Assembly: GCA_030611385.1 (NCBI GenBank) | Contig: JAUWPV010000004.1 | Location: forward strand, 31,295 to 95,294 | Source: Bacillota bacterium | GTDB lineage: Bacteria > Bacillota > Dethiobacteria > DTU022 | Direction: 5' to 3' | Length of the DNA stretch: 64,000 nt | Shown: positions 36,974-45,939 of the stretch, piece by piece | Layout of the letters: every line of letters begins with the position of its first letter | How positions within the stretch are numbered: position 1 is the first letter of the stretch | Notes under the pieces: generated by a model | Told to the model about the DNA's origin: nothing | Seen by the model: only the letters and a program-made list of their open reading frames with translations | Database searches by the model: none | Position numbers and translations under genes: made by a program

Positions 36974-37267
36974 GTGGTGGACCTTTTTCGCGTAGCTATT
37001 TGTTTGCTTGAACTGCATATTCCCGGAGCAACTTCACTGAAAGCGAAGCGCCGGGTTATCAAGAGTCTTATTCAGCGTCTGCGCAACCGCTTCAATGTTT
37101 CAGTTACAGAGATCGGCAACCAAGATCTCTGGCAGCGCGCTGAACTTGGTATGGCTGTAGTCTGTCACAATGGCGCGGGTGCCGATAGTATCATTGAAAT
37201 GCTGACCGCTTATGTTGAGCAGGAAAGCAGTGTTGAAATAATCGGTTCTCGTCAGGAGAATTATTGA
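36974..37267 (+). CDS. DUF503 (YlxP-like) protein
   Basis: The sequence reads LELHIPGATSLKAKRRVIKSLIQRLRNRFNVSVTEIG. Confidence 0.75.
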   Translation: MVDLFRVAICLLELHIPGATSLKAKRRVIKSLIQRLRNRFNVSVTEIGNQDLWQRAELGMAVVCHNGAGADSIIEMLTAYVEQESSVEIIGSRQENY

Positions 37268-37282
37268 GTGAGGCATCAGACC

Positions 37283-37864
37283 ATGATTTCCATCAAAAAA
37301 ATAACTGAACTTGCCCATCATAAAACCGGCCTTATAATTAAAAAGGGCGATTATGTTGTTGATGCAACTGCTGGAAACGGTAATGACACCGTATTCTTGG
37401 CTGAAAAAGTAGGGCCGGTCGGCCATGTATATGCCTTTGATATCCAGATAGATGCCCTGGCTAAAACAGCTGAAATATTAAAAAAAAAAGAGCTCTCTGA
37501 TCGAGTTTCTTTGATTCAATCGGGCCACGAACAACTGTTACAATATGTCAGGAATCCAGTCTCAGTGGTTATGTATAATCTTGGTTTCCTGCCCGGAGGA
37601 GACCGGCAGGTAACCACAAAATCCGAAACCACTTTAAGTAGCTTCAAACAAGCTTTGACCCTTCTTAAACCCGGTGGGATGATTACAATGGTCATCTATC
37701 CGGGTCACTCTGAAGGCAGACTCGAAAAAGAAGAGCTTATGTTAGTGTGCAAAGATTTATCTTCATCCGATTATGCTGTTTTGCATCTTGAATTGATTAA
37801 TCAGGCCAATGATCCACCGGAGCTGTTTGTTGTTCAAAAAATATTTTTCCGTCCGGCTGAATAG
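37283..37864 (+). CDS. Class I SAM-dependent methyltransferase, YtqB/MnmM-like
   Basis: The sequence VVDATAGNGNDTVFLAEKVGPVGHVYAFDIQ is a typical YtqB-type motif. Confidence 0.7.
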   Translation: MISIKKITELAHHKTGLIIKKGDYVVDATAGNGNDTVFLAEKVGPVGHVYAFDIQIDALAKTAEILKKKELSDRVSLIQSGHEQLLQYVRNPVSVVMYNLGFLPGGDRQVTTKSETTLSSFKQALTLLKPGGMITMVIYPGHSEGRLEKEELMLVCKDLSSSDYAVLHLELINQANDPPELFVVQKIFFRPAE

Positions 37865-37991
37865 GTCAAAAAGGGTATCAATCCCGTGTTGTCGAACAAA
37901 TTGAACAGTTAACACAGGATGTTCTGCTTCGTAAAATGTAATGGTTGTTCGGCCCTTAATCGAATCTTAGGCAATAATGGAGGTACGCAAA

Positions 37992-38687
37992 ATGCCTGAC
38001 CGTAGCATATCAAAAACTGCTATTAAAAGATTTCCGATATATCTCCGCATCTTGGATCAATTGGTTCAGCGTAAGGTCGATATGGTTTCCTCTAAAGAAC
38101 TAAGTAGTGAATCTGGCTTTTCAGCGGAGCAAATACGCAAAGACCTCACTTACTTTGGAGCATTTGGAACACGCGGCGCCGGCTATAATACTATGTTTTT
38201 GAGAGAGAAAATTATTAAGATTATCGGCTTGGATAAAACAATTGATACAATAGTTATGGGTGCCGGGAATCTGGGTACAGCCTTAACCCGTTATAATTCG
38301 ACAAAAAACCCCTATGTCAATGTGGTTGCTGTATTTGATCGGGATCCCGGATTGATCGGTAAAAAAATTGACGAAATCAATATTCATTCAATTGATGAAA
38401 CCCCAGGATATATTGAAAGTCATAAGATCAGAGTTGCGATAGTTGCCGTTCCAGCCGGTGCGGCTCAGGAAGTCGCCGACTTGATTACCAAGCACGGAGT
38501 CAAAGCCATCCTTAATTTTGCGCCTGTTAAGCTCCATGTTCCTGAAGGAGTCCATGTCCATAATGCTGATCTGACTATAGAGCTGCAGAGTCTGATTTAT
38601 TACAGCTCAGCCAATGAAGAACGTTTGAAACGTCTCCACCAGACAACTACAGCAGTGCAGTCACCAAAAACCCTTTCACTCGAATAG
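37992..38687 (+). CDS. rex: Redox-sensing transcriptional repressor Rex
   Basis: The sequence carries RFPIYLRILDQL...SSKELS...QIRKDLTYFGAFGTRGAGY and a Rossmann motif GAGNLGTAL. Confidence 0.9.
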   Translation: MPDRSISKTAIKRFPIYLRILDQLVQRKVDMVSSKELSSESGFSAEQIRKDLTYFGAFGTRGAGYNTMFLREKIIKIIGLDKTIDTIVMGAGNLGTALTRYNSTKNPYVNVVAVFDRDPGLIGKKIDEINIHSIDETPGYIESHKIRVAIVAVPAGAAQEVADLITKHGVKAILNFAPVKLHVPEGVHVHNADLTIELQSLIYYSSANEERLKRLHQTTTAVQSPKTLSLE

Positions 38688-38734
38688 CCATTATTTAAAG
38701 CAGTTAATAAGTTTCCCTGGCCCTGCCGATTGTA

Positions 38735-38763
38735 TTGACTTTTTGTAACAGCTTTTGTATACT
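38735..38763 (+). promoter_or_regulatory. Sigma-A promoter for the tRNA cluster
   Basis: TTGACT (38735-38740) is separated by 17 nt from TATACT (38758-38763). Confidence 0.5.
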
Positions 38764-38776
38764 TATTATTACGCGT

Positions 38777-38853
38777 GGAGCTGTGGTGTAGTCGGTTAAC
38801 ATATCGGCCTGTCAAGCCGAAGACCGCGGGTTCGAGTCCCGTCAGCTCCGCCA
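38777..38853 (+). tRNA. tRNA-Asp (GUC)
   Basis: GGAGCTGTGGTGTAGTCGGTTAAC...CCTGTCAAGG-type anticodon loop CTGTCAA. The T-arm is GGTTCGAGTCC. CCA is encoded. Confidence 0.9.
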
Positions 38854-38858
38854 AAATT

Positions 38859-38934
<76 letters not shown>

Positions 38935-38939
38935 GTTTT

Positions 38940-39014
38940 GCGGAAGTAGCTCAGTGGTAGAGCATCGCCTTGCCAAGGCGAGGGTCGCGGGTTCAAATCC
39001 CGTCTTCCGCTCCA
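38940..39014 (+). tRNA. tRNA-Gly (GCC)
   Basis: The sequence begins GCGGAAGTAGCTCAGTGGTAGAGC. The anticodon loop is TTGCCAA. CCA is encoded. Confidence 0.9.
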
Positions 39015-39021
39015 TTTATTT

Positions 39022-39095
39022 GGCGACATAGCCAAGTGGTAAGGCAGAGGACTGCAAATCCTTCATCCCCGGTTCAAATCCGGGTGTCGCCTCCA
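39022..39095 (+). tRNA. tRNA-Cys (GCA)
   Basis: The sequence begins GGCGACATAGCCAAGTGGTAAGGC. The anticodon loop is CTGCAAA. CCA is encoded. Confidence 0.9.
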
Positions 39096-39101
39096 ACTAT
39101 C

Positions 39102-39189
39102 GCCGGAGTGGCGGAACAGGCAGACGCAAGGGACTTAAAATCCCTCGATCGTAACGATCGTACCGGTTCGATTCCGGTCTCCGGCACCA
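39102..39189 (+). tRNA. tRNA-Leu (UAA), long variable arm
   Basis: The sequence begins GCCGGAGTGGCGGAACAGGCAGACGC. The anticodon loop is CTTAAAA. CCA is encoded. Confidence 0.9.
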
Positions 39190-39206
39190 ATAGTTTTTAA
39201 TGTTCT

Positions 39207-39237
39207 ATCAGGGTAAATTTTAACCCTGATTTTTTTG
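39207..39237 (+). terminator. Terminator after the tRNA cluster
   Basis: The stem ATCAGGGT...ACCCTGAT is followed by TTTTTTTG. Confidence 0.7.
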
Positions 39238-39300
39238 TTTATCGTTTTTTTTAAGGTTGAGTGTTGAGAAGTTTGAAGAAGTTCCATCTTGCAATGAAAG

Positions 39301-39864
39301 CTAATGTTTGGGTTGTCTTTTTTTCAGCATATTATGCTGAAGGAAAACAAGAATTCCACACCCGATGAAAATATCGCCGATACTAAGCAGCTGATTCCGC
39401 CTGTACGGGATGGGAATACGGTCACCAAGATAATCGAGCCAGGTATTATCGGTTATGGTTGTGTGGAAAGGACTCTTTACACCTGTAGCCAGTTCTTCTG
39501 CAACCGTGGAGGGCATTCTGGTGCTGTCTACAGGCATTATACCTCTGTTAGCGGTAATTACTAACAAATTGAGCAGTATGCCTAACCCGATAATAATAAT
39601 ACCGGCCTGACGGTTTTGAAGAAAAATAAACAGCAGTAAGAAGACAAATGAAATTAAATATATAAACGGATAAACAGTTGTTAAGTAACCAGATGAAGTA
39701 TTAAAATCGATCCAGACTGCTGTCTGCACCAGGAGAGCCAGAATAATCAGCGGCCAGCCGAACAGTGATACCTTATTTAAATACTTTAATTTACCGTTCC
39801 GGAGCCACCCGATGATTATTCCCAGCAAAATAGCTTCCCAGAGCAAATATCTGTTCCTCCCCAA
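39301..39864 (-). CDS. Small polytopic membrane protein, DUF5317-like
   Basis: The protein is 187 aa with about 5 transmembrane helices. The family name is recalled by eye and needs an HMM check. Confidence 0.5.
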   Translation of the reverse strand: MGRNRYLLWEAILLGIIIGWLRNGKLKYLNKVSLFGWPLIILALLVQTAVWIDFNTSSGYLTTVYPFIYLISFVFLLLFIFLQNRQAGIIIIGLGILLNLLVITANRGIMPVDSTRMPSTVAEELATGVKSPFHTTITDNTWLDYLGDRIPIPYRRNQLLSIGDIFIGCGILVFLQHNMLKKRQPKH

Positions 39865-39924
39865 TAAAATTAATAATAATCACCAGTTTGATACGCTATA
39901 TATTTATTCGGGGGAGTATTCACA

Positions 39925-41274
39925 TCAGCCACCGGTAGATACTTTAAAATTAAGCTGAGGTAAAATACGGGTAAAAGCGTTGACTACTTTTGGATCAAAC
40001 TGGGTTCCGGCACATGATTTCAGTTCTTTTAAGGCCGACGACTGCCCTAGTGCTTTTCGGTAAGGCCGAGTGCTGGTCATGGCGTCAAATGCATCGGCAA
40101 CCGCCATTATGCGAGCTCCCTCGGGTATTTCTTCGCCCCCGATCTGATCAGGATAGCCTGTGCCATCCCAACGCTCATGATGGTGCCTGATAATATCTGT
40201 GCCTGCTGCAAAGTACTTGATATCTCGGATCACTTCAGCGCCGGCGGCGCTATGTGTTTTCATGATGGCAAATTCTTCATTTGATAATAGGCCTTCTTTT
40301 TTTAAGATATAATCCGGTACCGCCACCTTGCCGACATCATGAATCAGGGCGATGTATTGTAAAAATTCCACCTTGTCTTCGGGCCATTTTAGTTCGTGGG
40401 CGAGAGAGACTACATAATCAGCCACGCGTGAAGAATGGCCCTTAGTGTAAGGATCTTTTGCATCAATGGCCAGGGAAAGGCTTTTTATCGTATCCAGGAA
40501 GGTCTGGCGAATATTCATATAAGACTGGAATGAGTGGCGAGCCAGAATCATGGGTAGCAAAAAGAGAACGAGGCCCCAGAAACCGATATTGATATAGATC
40601 ACTGCAATTAAAGCACCCAGGGGTGCCATACTTATAAATGTTAAAGTACACCATTTTAAGTTGATTAACCAGACTGCATAAGGATTTTCTTCCTGGACAA
40701 AGGCGAGAATAAGTGTGACGAAGGAACTGTTTAGCACAAAGAAGACGATCATAGAAACAATAAAAGCCGGAATGTGGTTGGTAGAAAATACCAGTGAAGA
40801 TGGAGTCATACTCCTGTAAATCAAGGCCGCTGATCCAGCAGAAACGACTAGTTGTGAGGCATTGAAAAGGTATTTTATGCGATTTTTCTCTCTGATCATC
40901 AGAAACAGATCTCTTGTAATTGTAATGACAACAACGATAAATGGTTGGAACATCAGTATAGCGGCGGCAATAGTGGCGAAACTGACAGAAACACTGCCGC
41001 CACGGGGCAGTGTTACCGGAAAGGAATCAGATAGAGCAATCAACAGTAGAAAAACGAGGACAGGAAACCAATAAGCTTGGGACCAGTTCATGATTGTTAC
41101 GGTGTAAGCGATCATTACGGCCGCAGTGCAGGCAAGCAATGTAACATAGATTGCAGCTTTTATTGATATTTTTTTATCCACCAGTAACCACCCTGTTGTT
41201 CGTCCTATTATAAGTAGTGAAGCCGGCAGGCAGGCTAGCAAACAATTACCATCTAAAAACTGCTGCACCAGCAA
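39925..41274 (-). CDS. Membrane-anchored HD-GYP domain protein (putative cyclic-di-GMP phosphodiesterase)
   Basis: The N-terminus has 7-8 transmembrane helices. The C-terminal part carries HSSRV, IALIHDVGKVAVP and HHERWDGTGYPD. The start is uncertain. Confidence 0.8.
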   Translation of the reverse strand: MLVQQFLDGNCLLACLPASLLIIGRTTGWLLVDKKISIKAAIYVTLLACTAAVMIAYTVTIMNWSQAYWFPVLVFLLLIALSDSFPVTLPRGGSVSVSFATIAAAILMFQPFIVVVITITRDLFLMIREKNRIKYLFNASQLVVSAGSAALIYRSMTPSSLVFSTNHIPAFIVSMIVFFVLNSSFVTLILAFVQEENPYAVWLINLKWCTLTFISMAPLGALIAVIYINIGFWGLVLFLLPMILARHSFQSYMNIRQTFLDTIKSLSLAIDAKDPYTKGHSSRVADYVVSLAHELKWPEDKVEFLQYIALIHDVGKVAVPDYILKKEGLLSNEEFAIMKTHSAAGAEVIRDIKYFAAGTDIIRHHHERWDGTGYPDQIGGEEIPEGARIMAVADAFDAMTSTRPYRKALGQSSALKELKSCAGTQFDPKVVNAFTRILPQLNFKVSTGG

Positions 41275-41447
41275 GAACCAAACCAGCCAGTGCGATGAGC
41301 GCCTTAGCCAGGTTAAACTTCATAGTTTAACCCCCTTTATCAGGTAGCTCAACGGTTTTCCGCTATAGCCGTTGGCGGCGCTTCGCTCGGTTTTCGCTCA
41401 AAAAAATCAAACAATACCAGGTAAATGCCTACTGCCGGCTTCAAATT

Positions 41448-42092
41448 TTAATTGTTTTTCAATAAAGCGAGCCTTCGATTAATGGCATCCAGTGAAGCCC
41501 GTACTGTCGATTCAAGATCATCTCCCTTATTTACAGCTGTGCCCAAAAGTAATTCTTCCTGATATTTCGATTGCAAAAAAAATGCAGAGATAATTATCTC
41601 TTGCTCGCATAGGTTTATTTTTTGAACATCACCGACAACAAGTTTGCCATCAATATCCAAATATTGCTCTACTGCCGATAAAGTTGCCGAAGCAGTCAGT
41701 TTGAGGCGGCTCTGCCTGGAATTTGGCCCGGTAATTTTAGCGGTGTACAAATTATCGCCTGTTTTTAAAGTAACCATTATCGTTGTAGTGCCGTTTTCGG
41801 AACTATAATTAATACCCTTGAGCTGGAATCTGGTCTCTTTATCAGCAGGTACAACCATGTCCGGTCCAAGTTGAGCCACGCTGATACGCTTATGATCCAG
41901 CTCAAGTCCCAGTTTAATCAGTACCGCCGATTCGATATCTCTGACCACCTGTTTGGGGGAGCGTGTCTTATCGGCCAGAACATGAATCTCAACAATATCG
42001 CCATCCTGGCAAACTAAACGCCCGGAAGAAACACCCTGAATTTGGGAGATAATCGATTCAATTTCCCGTACTGTTTGATCTTTATCTTCCAA
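41448..42092 (-). CDS. Hypothetical protein (no family recognised)
   Basis: The ORF opens at 42173. TTG 42092, 8 nt after AAGGGGG, is the preferred start. No recognisable motif was found. Confidence 0.45.
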   Translation of the reverse strand: MEDKDQTVREIESIISQIQGVSSGRLVCQDGDIVEIHVLADKTRSPKQVVRDIESAVLIKLGLELDHKRISVAQLGPDMVVPADKETRFQLKGINYSSENGTTTIMVTLKTGDNLYTAKITGPNSRQSRLKLTASATLSAVEQYLDIDGKLVVGDVQKINLCEQEIIISAFFLQSKYQEELLLGTAVNKGDDLESTVRASLDAINRRLALLKNN

Positions 42093-42268
42093 AATGACAG
42101 CCCCCTTAAGGGATGACTTCAAAGTGGTAAACAACAGTGGTTTATTCGGTTTTAATAAAAACACCTGGTACAATTATACCACAACTATATTAATTTGCTA
42201 TAATTCTACAATAATGGTTAATTTCCTTTTTTTTATCAAAAATAATTAAAAATGATTACCGCCTATTC

Positions 42269-45200
42269 TTAACATTCACTGAAACCGCAGGCTTCGCACT
42301 TCAGGCATCCTTCAGCCCTGATCAGAGCACAGGTACCACAATCCGGGCATAGCTCCAGGGGATTGCTATTGTGGTTGAGAGCTTCACCATTTTCAATCTC
42401 GGCCAGTTTTCGAAGGCCCTGGCCGATGGCATCGGGAACGCTCATTATCCTGTTCGGCCCGAACCCTACCGATCGGGCGCCGCCGATACCTTCAAGCTGG
42501 GTTACGATTTCATCTACGCTTACTCCGCAGCGCAGGGCCAGTGAGATCAGGCGGGCGATTGCTTCGGTGAAGGCAACCACGTCACTGCCGGCTTTACCGA
42601 TCTGGGCGAATAGCTCAAAAGGTTTATCGTCAGCTTTATTGACAGTGACAAATAAATTACCAAGGGCTGTCCTGATGCTGGTTGTGTGGCCGCTCAATGT
42701 TTTCGGTCTTTTTGTCGGTTTGAGGTTATCCTCCTGTGATCCATCTCCGACATTGAGGACCTGTTTAGTCCGGGAACTGTCCCGGTAAATAGTGATACCC
42801 TTACAGCCTGCTTCCCAGGCAGTAATGTAAGCGTATTTAACATCGTCGATAGTGGCATCTTGTTTAAGGTTGATCGTTTTGCTGACCGCATTGTCGGTAT
42901 GTTTCTGGAAAGTTGCCTGATGCCTGACGTGCCAGCTGTAGTCAATTTCCATTGCAGTTTTAAAAAGATTCTTATACTTTTGAGGGACTACCGAATCGTC
43001 TGGTATTTTGCCGCTGCGGGCGATTTCCTGGATCAGACTTTCACTGTAAAAGCCTTCCCTTTGGGCTATTTCAAGAAAGAGGGGATTAACTTCAGGTAAA
43101 TCGAGGCCGCCCAATATATTTTTTCGGATAAAGGCAATGCTGAAGTAAGGTTCTATTCCACTGCTGGCGCTGGCGAGGATAGAAATGGTTCCGGTAGGGG
43201 CGATTGTTGTACGGGTTGCATTACGAACCCGATCTTCGGGATTTCCGTTATCGTAAATGCTGCCGCTGAAATTCGGGAAGACTCCACGCTCTTTTGCCAG
43301 GACAACTGATTCTTTTTTAGCTTCAGTGTTAATAAACTGCATCACCTTATCGGCAGTTTCAATTGCTTCTTCACTGTCGTAAGTAATCCCTAATCTGACC
43401 AGCAGATCATGCCAGCCCATAATACCCAGCCCGATTTTCCGGTTACCTTCTTTGTGCATGGCAGCGATTTCCGGAATAACATAGTTGCTGGCATCGATAA
43501 CGTTATCGAGGAAGCGGACAACAGTTTTTACAACTGCGCCCAATTTATCCCAGTCTACCTGGGAATTATTCGTAACATATTTTCCCAGATTAATAGAGCC
43601 GAGGCAGCATGCTTCATAAGGCAGCAGCGGCTGTTCTCCGCAGTTGTGGACCATAATACCGTTAGCGTCGAAGGCATTGATCCCGGGAACCTGGACGTCA
43701 TAGACTTCTTCGGTCCCATCTGGTGTCACCGTGTCAACCGTGGTCGTGAAGCGCACGCGATTTGGTTCTCGGCGGTATAATGACAGGACCGCGGTAAGGC
43801 GGCTCTTCTTCATAGTGTCGCAAAATCCGATCTGTTCTGCAAAAATCTTTAAATTATCTTTAGAGATGATCAACTCGTGTTGGGGCTTGGTTTCGTAGGT
43901 GGAGGTTCCCATTTTACCATTCGGCATCGGCTTGGTCATCTTCTCACGACGGTTTGCATAGATGGAACTGGTGATGCCGAAACGGGCCAGCATCCGCTGG
44001 ACAGCCCGGAGTCTTTCCATATCGCTCTGGGCCAACCGGATGGAAATACCCTTTTCCAGGGAGCCCTGTACAGAGCCGTCGGAATCGAAGAAACCCCTCA
44101 GGAAACCCTTGACAAAGTCTGAGGAAGTCTGGGTTTCCAGGTAGGGTGTAATGGCCTTGTTTCCCGGTTTCATGCCGAGGGAGAAGGCTACTTTCCGGAG
44201 AGTTGCGAGGCTCATTCTGCATTCATTCCTTCCGCTGACCTTCCACCAGCCTTTGAAATCACTCCGGTGGGGTAAGAACTCGGCAGCCTCGAAGGCAGCG
44301 CCCATAATGCCCGTGGTGCCTTGATTAGGCCAAACAGATAGAAGAGCCTTGTCCGATTTTAACGTTCCATCGCCTGTAAGCAGGCCGACAAAATAGCCCT
44401 CTTCATCTCCATAAAGACCGCTCCATCCGGAAAACTCGCGGTGGTCGTGAAGCATAATCTCATCTCCGGGTTTGAGATCTGCTGCATTGGCCCACTCCTT
44501 TTCAAGGGTGAATCTTGTCTTTACCTTAACCCTGAGCACGGGATGCCCACCGGTGGCACGGAATGAATAACCTTCCTTTGTCCTGATGGAAAGAAGGGGT
44601 TTGATGCCTGTTGGGAAAAAGCCGGCCTCGGTAGTCTGGAAGGGTTTTCCGTCGACGATGAGGGCGGTGCTCTTTCCGAGGAGATCCCTGACCATTCTGG
44701 GCCCATCGGCGGTCAGGATGAAGGTATCACCGGGCACGCAGGGGTTTGTGGTTTCATAGGCGCCGACGTTTGGTGTAGGGTTATATTTGTTCATCTGGTC
44801 GATTAAGATAATACCGGGATCGCCTTTTTCCCAGGCCTTTTGGATAATCAGATCAAAAACCGCTTTTGCGTCGAGTTGAATTTGGTTACCTGTTTCCGGA
44901 TCACAATAGATCTGTTTGGTGCGGGGGTTGATCAGGTAATATAATGGATCGGGATCCTCACCGGTAGCTTTTCGCATAAATTCATCTGAAACGGTGATCG
45001 ATAGATTAAAATTGTTAATTTCATCTTCGTTCTCCTTACAGCAGATAAAATCGATAACATTTGGGTGGTTATAAATCAGCGAGCCCATGTTAGCCCCGCG
45101 TCTTGTTCCACCTTGTTTTACTGCTTCAGTAGCGGTGTCAAATATTTTAAGGAATGAAAGTGGTCCACTGGCAACACCATTGGTTGACCGGACGATATCA

Positions 45201-45586
45201 TTACTTGGTCGCAGGCGATCGAAGGCGAAACCAGTACCGCCACCTGTTTTTTGGACCAGGGCCATATTCTTAAGGGTGGTAAAGATACCATCCATGCTAT
45301 CTTCCATAGGTAAGACAAAACAGGCGCTCAACTGTTGGAGTTCTCGGCCGGCGTTCATCAGGGTAGGGGAGTTAGGCATAAACTGAGTATCAGCCATAAT
45401 TTGGAAAAAGTTCTCTTCAATTGCTTTTATCTCTGCCTCATCCTTGCCGTAGTTTTTTTCAATGGCGGCAATATTGACAGCCACACGGTGCAGAAGATCT
45501 TCCGGAGTTTCGGTTGGAGCTCCTTTTTCGTCTTTGATCAGATATCTTTTTTCAAAAGTGATGCGGGCGTTAGAGCTTAATTCCAT
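42269..45586 (-). CDS. nrdJ: Adenosylcobalamin-dependent (class II) ribonucleotide reductase NrdJ, interrupted by an intein
   Basis: N-terminal RNR motifs are present (FMPNSPTLMNAG, ACFVLP, GGTRRGA). The active-site motif TNP/CGEQPL is split by a 366-aa insert. The C-terminal tail is Cys-rich. Confidence 0.9.
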   Translation of the reverse strand: MELSSNARITFEKRYLIKDEKGAPTETPEDLLHRVAVNIAAIEKNYGKDEAEIKAIEENFFQIMADTQFMPNSPTLMNAGRELQQLSACFVLPMEDSMDGIFTTLKNMALVQKTGGGTGFAFDRLRPSNDIVRSTNGVASGPLSFLKIFDTATEAVKQGGTRRGANMGSLIYNHPNVIDFICCKENEDEINNFNLSITVSDEFMRKATGEDPDPLYYLINPRTKQIYCDPETGNQIQLDAKAVFDLIIQKAWEKGDPGIILIDQMNKYNPTPNVGAYETTNPCVPGDTFILTADGPRMVRDLLGKSTALIVDGKPFQTTEAGFFPTGIKPLLSIRTKEGYSFRATGGHPVLRVKVKTRFTLEKEWANAADLKPGDEIMLHDHREFSGWSGLYGDEEGYFVGLLTGDGTLKSDKALLSVWPNQGTTGIMGAAFEAAEFLPHRSDFKGWWKVSGRNECRMSLATLRKVAFSLGMKPGNKAITPYLETQTSSDFVKGFLRGFFDSDGSVQGSLEKGISIRLAQSDMERLRAVQRMLARFGITSSIYANRREKMTKPMPNGKMGTSTYETKPQHELIISKDNLKIFAEQIGFCDTMKKSRLTAVLSLYRREPNRVRFTTTVDTVTPDGTEEVYDVQVPGINAFDANGIMVHNCGEQPLLPYEACCLGSINLGKYVTNNSQVDWDKLGAVVKTVVRFLDNVIDASNYVIPEIAAMHKEGNRKIGLGIMGWHDLLVRLGITYDSEEAIETADKVMQFINTEAKKESVVLAKERGVFPNFSGSIYDNGNPEDRVRNATRTTIAPTGTISILASASSGIEPYFSIAFIRKNILGGLDLPEVNPLFLEIAQREGFYSESLIQEIARSGKIPDDSVVPQKYKNLFKTAMEIDYSWHVRHQATFQKHTDNAVSKTINLKQDATIDDVKYAYITAWEAGCKGITIYRDSSRTKQVLNVGDGSQEDNLKPTKRPKTLSGHTTSIRTALGNLFVTVNKADDKPFELFAQIGKAGSDVVAFTEAIARLISLALRCGVSVDEIVTQLEGIGGARSVGFGPNRIMSVPDAIGQGLRKLAEIENGEALNHNSNPLELCPDCGTCALIRAEGCLKCEACGFSEC
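43643..44740 (-). mobile_element. Intein with LAGLIDADG homing-endonuclease domain inside nrdJ (aa 283-648)
   Basis: It begins CVPGDTFILT. Block B reads TGGH. The LAGLIDADG motifs read YFVGLLTGDGTL and FLRGFFDSDGSV. It ends GIMVHN, followed by the +1 Cys of CGEQPL. Confidence 0.85.
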
Positions 45587-45773
45587 CAGTTGAATCCTCC
45601 CCTTTAAATATTATTTATTCTTTCTCTATAGTCCTTATTTTTCCTTTTCATTTGGAGGTTTTTATTTAGTTGTTAAATTAACTCTTTTTTCGTACGTTAA
45701 GCAGTGATATAATGAGCAATAGATTTTAAGGCAAATTTTGAAAGATATGCAAAGGAGGGGACGAGTTCAGATT

Positions 45774-45866
45774 ATGGCACAAGAAAAAACACGAAAGCAG
45801 CTCAAGAAACAACGCAAAAAAAGAAGACGGGCCAAAAAAAGAAAGAGGTTAAAAGGCCGGACCTAG
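45774..45866 (+). CDS. Candidate 30-aa extremely basic small ORF (not in the ORF track)
   Basis: The translation is MAQEKTRKQLKKQRKKRRRAKKRKRLKGRT. An extended -10 element, TGaTATAAT, lies near 45705-45713. An in-frame ATG at 45747 is an alternative start. It may not be coding. Confidence 0.25.
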   Translation: MAQEKTRKQLKKQRKKRRRAKKRKRLKGRT

Positions 45867-45939
45867 AAAGCCGCTTAGCGGCGGTATGATTATATCGCTG
45901 TTAAGCTTCAATAATTGATTGACGAGAGGAGGTGCAGTT

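Noticed and set aside
45587-45720. I searched for NrdR boxes or a cobalamin riboswitch upstream of nrdJ.
   Set aside because: Only loose AT-rich partial palindromes (CATTATATCACT, ACTATAGAG) were found, at non-canonical spacing. No B12-box-like sequence is present.
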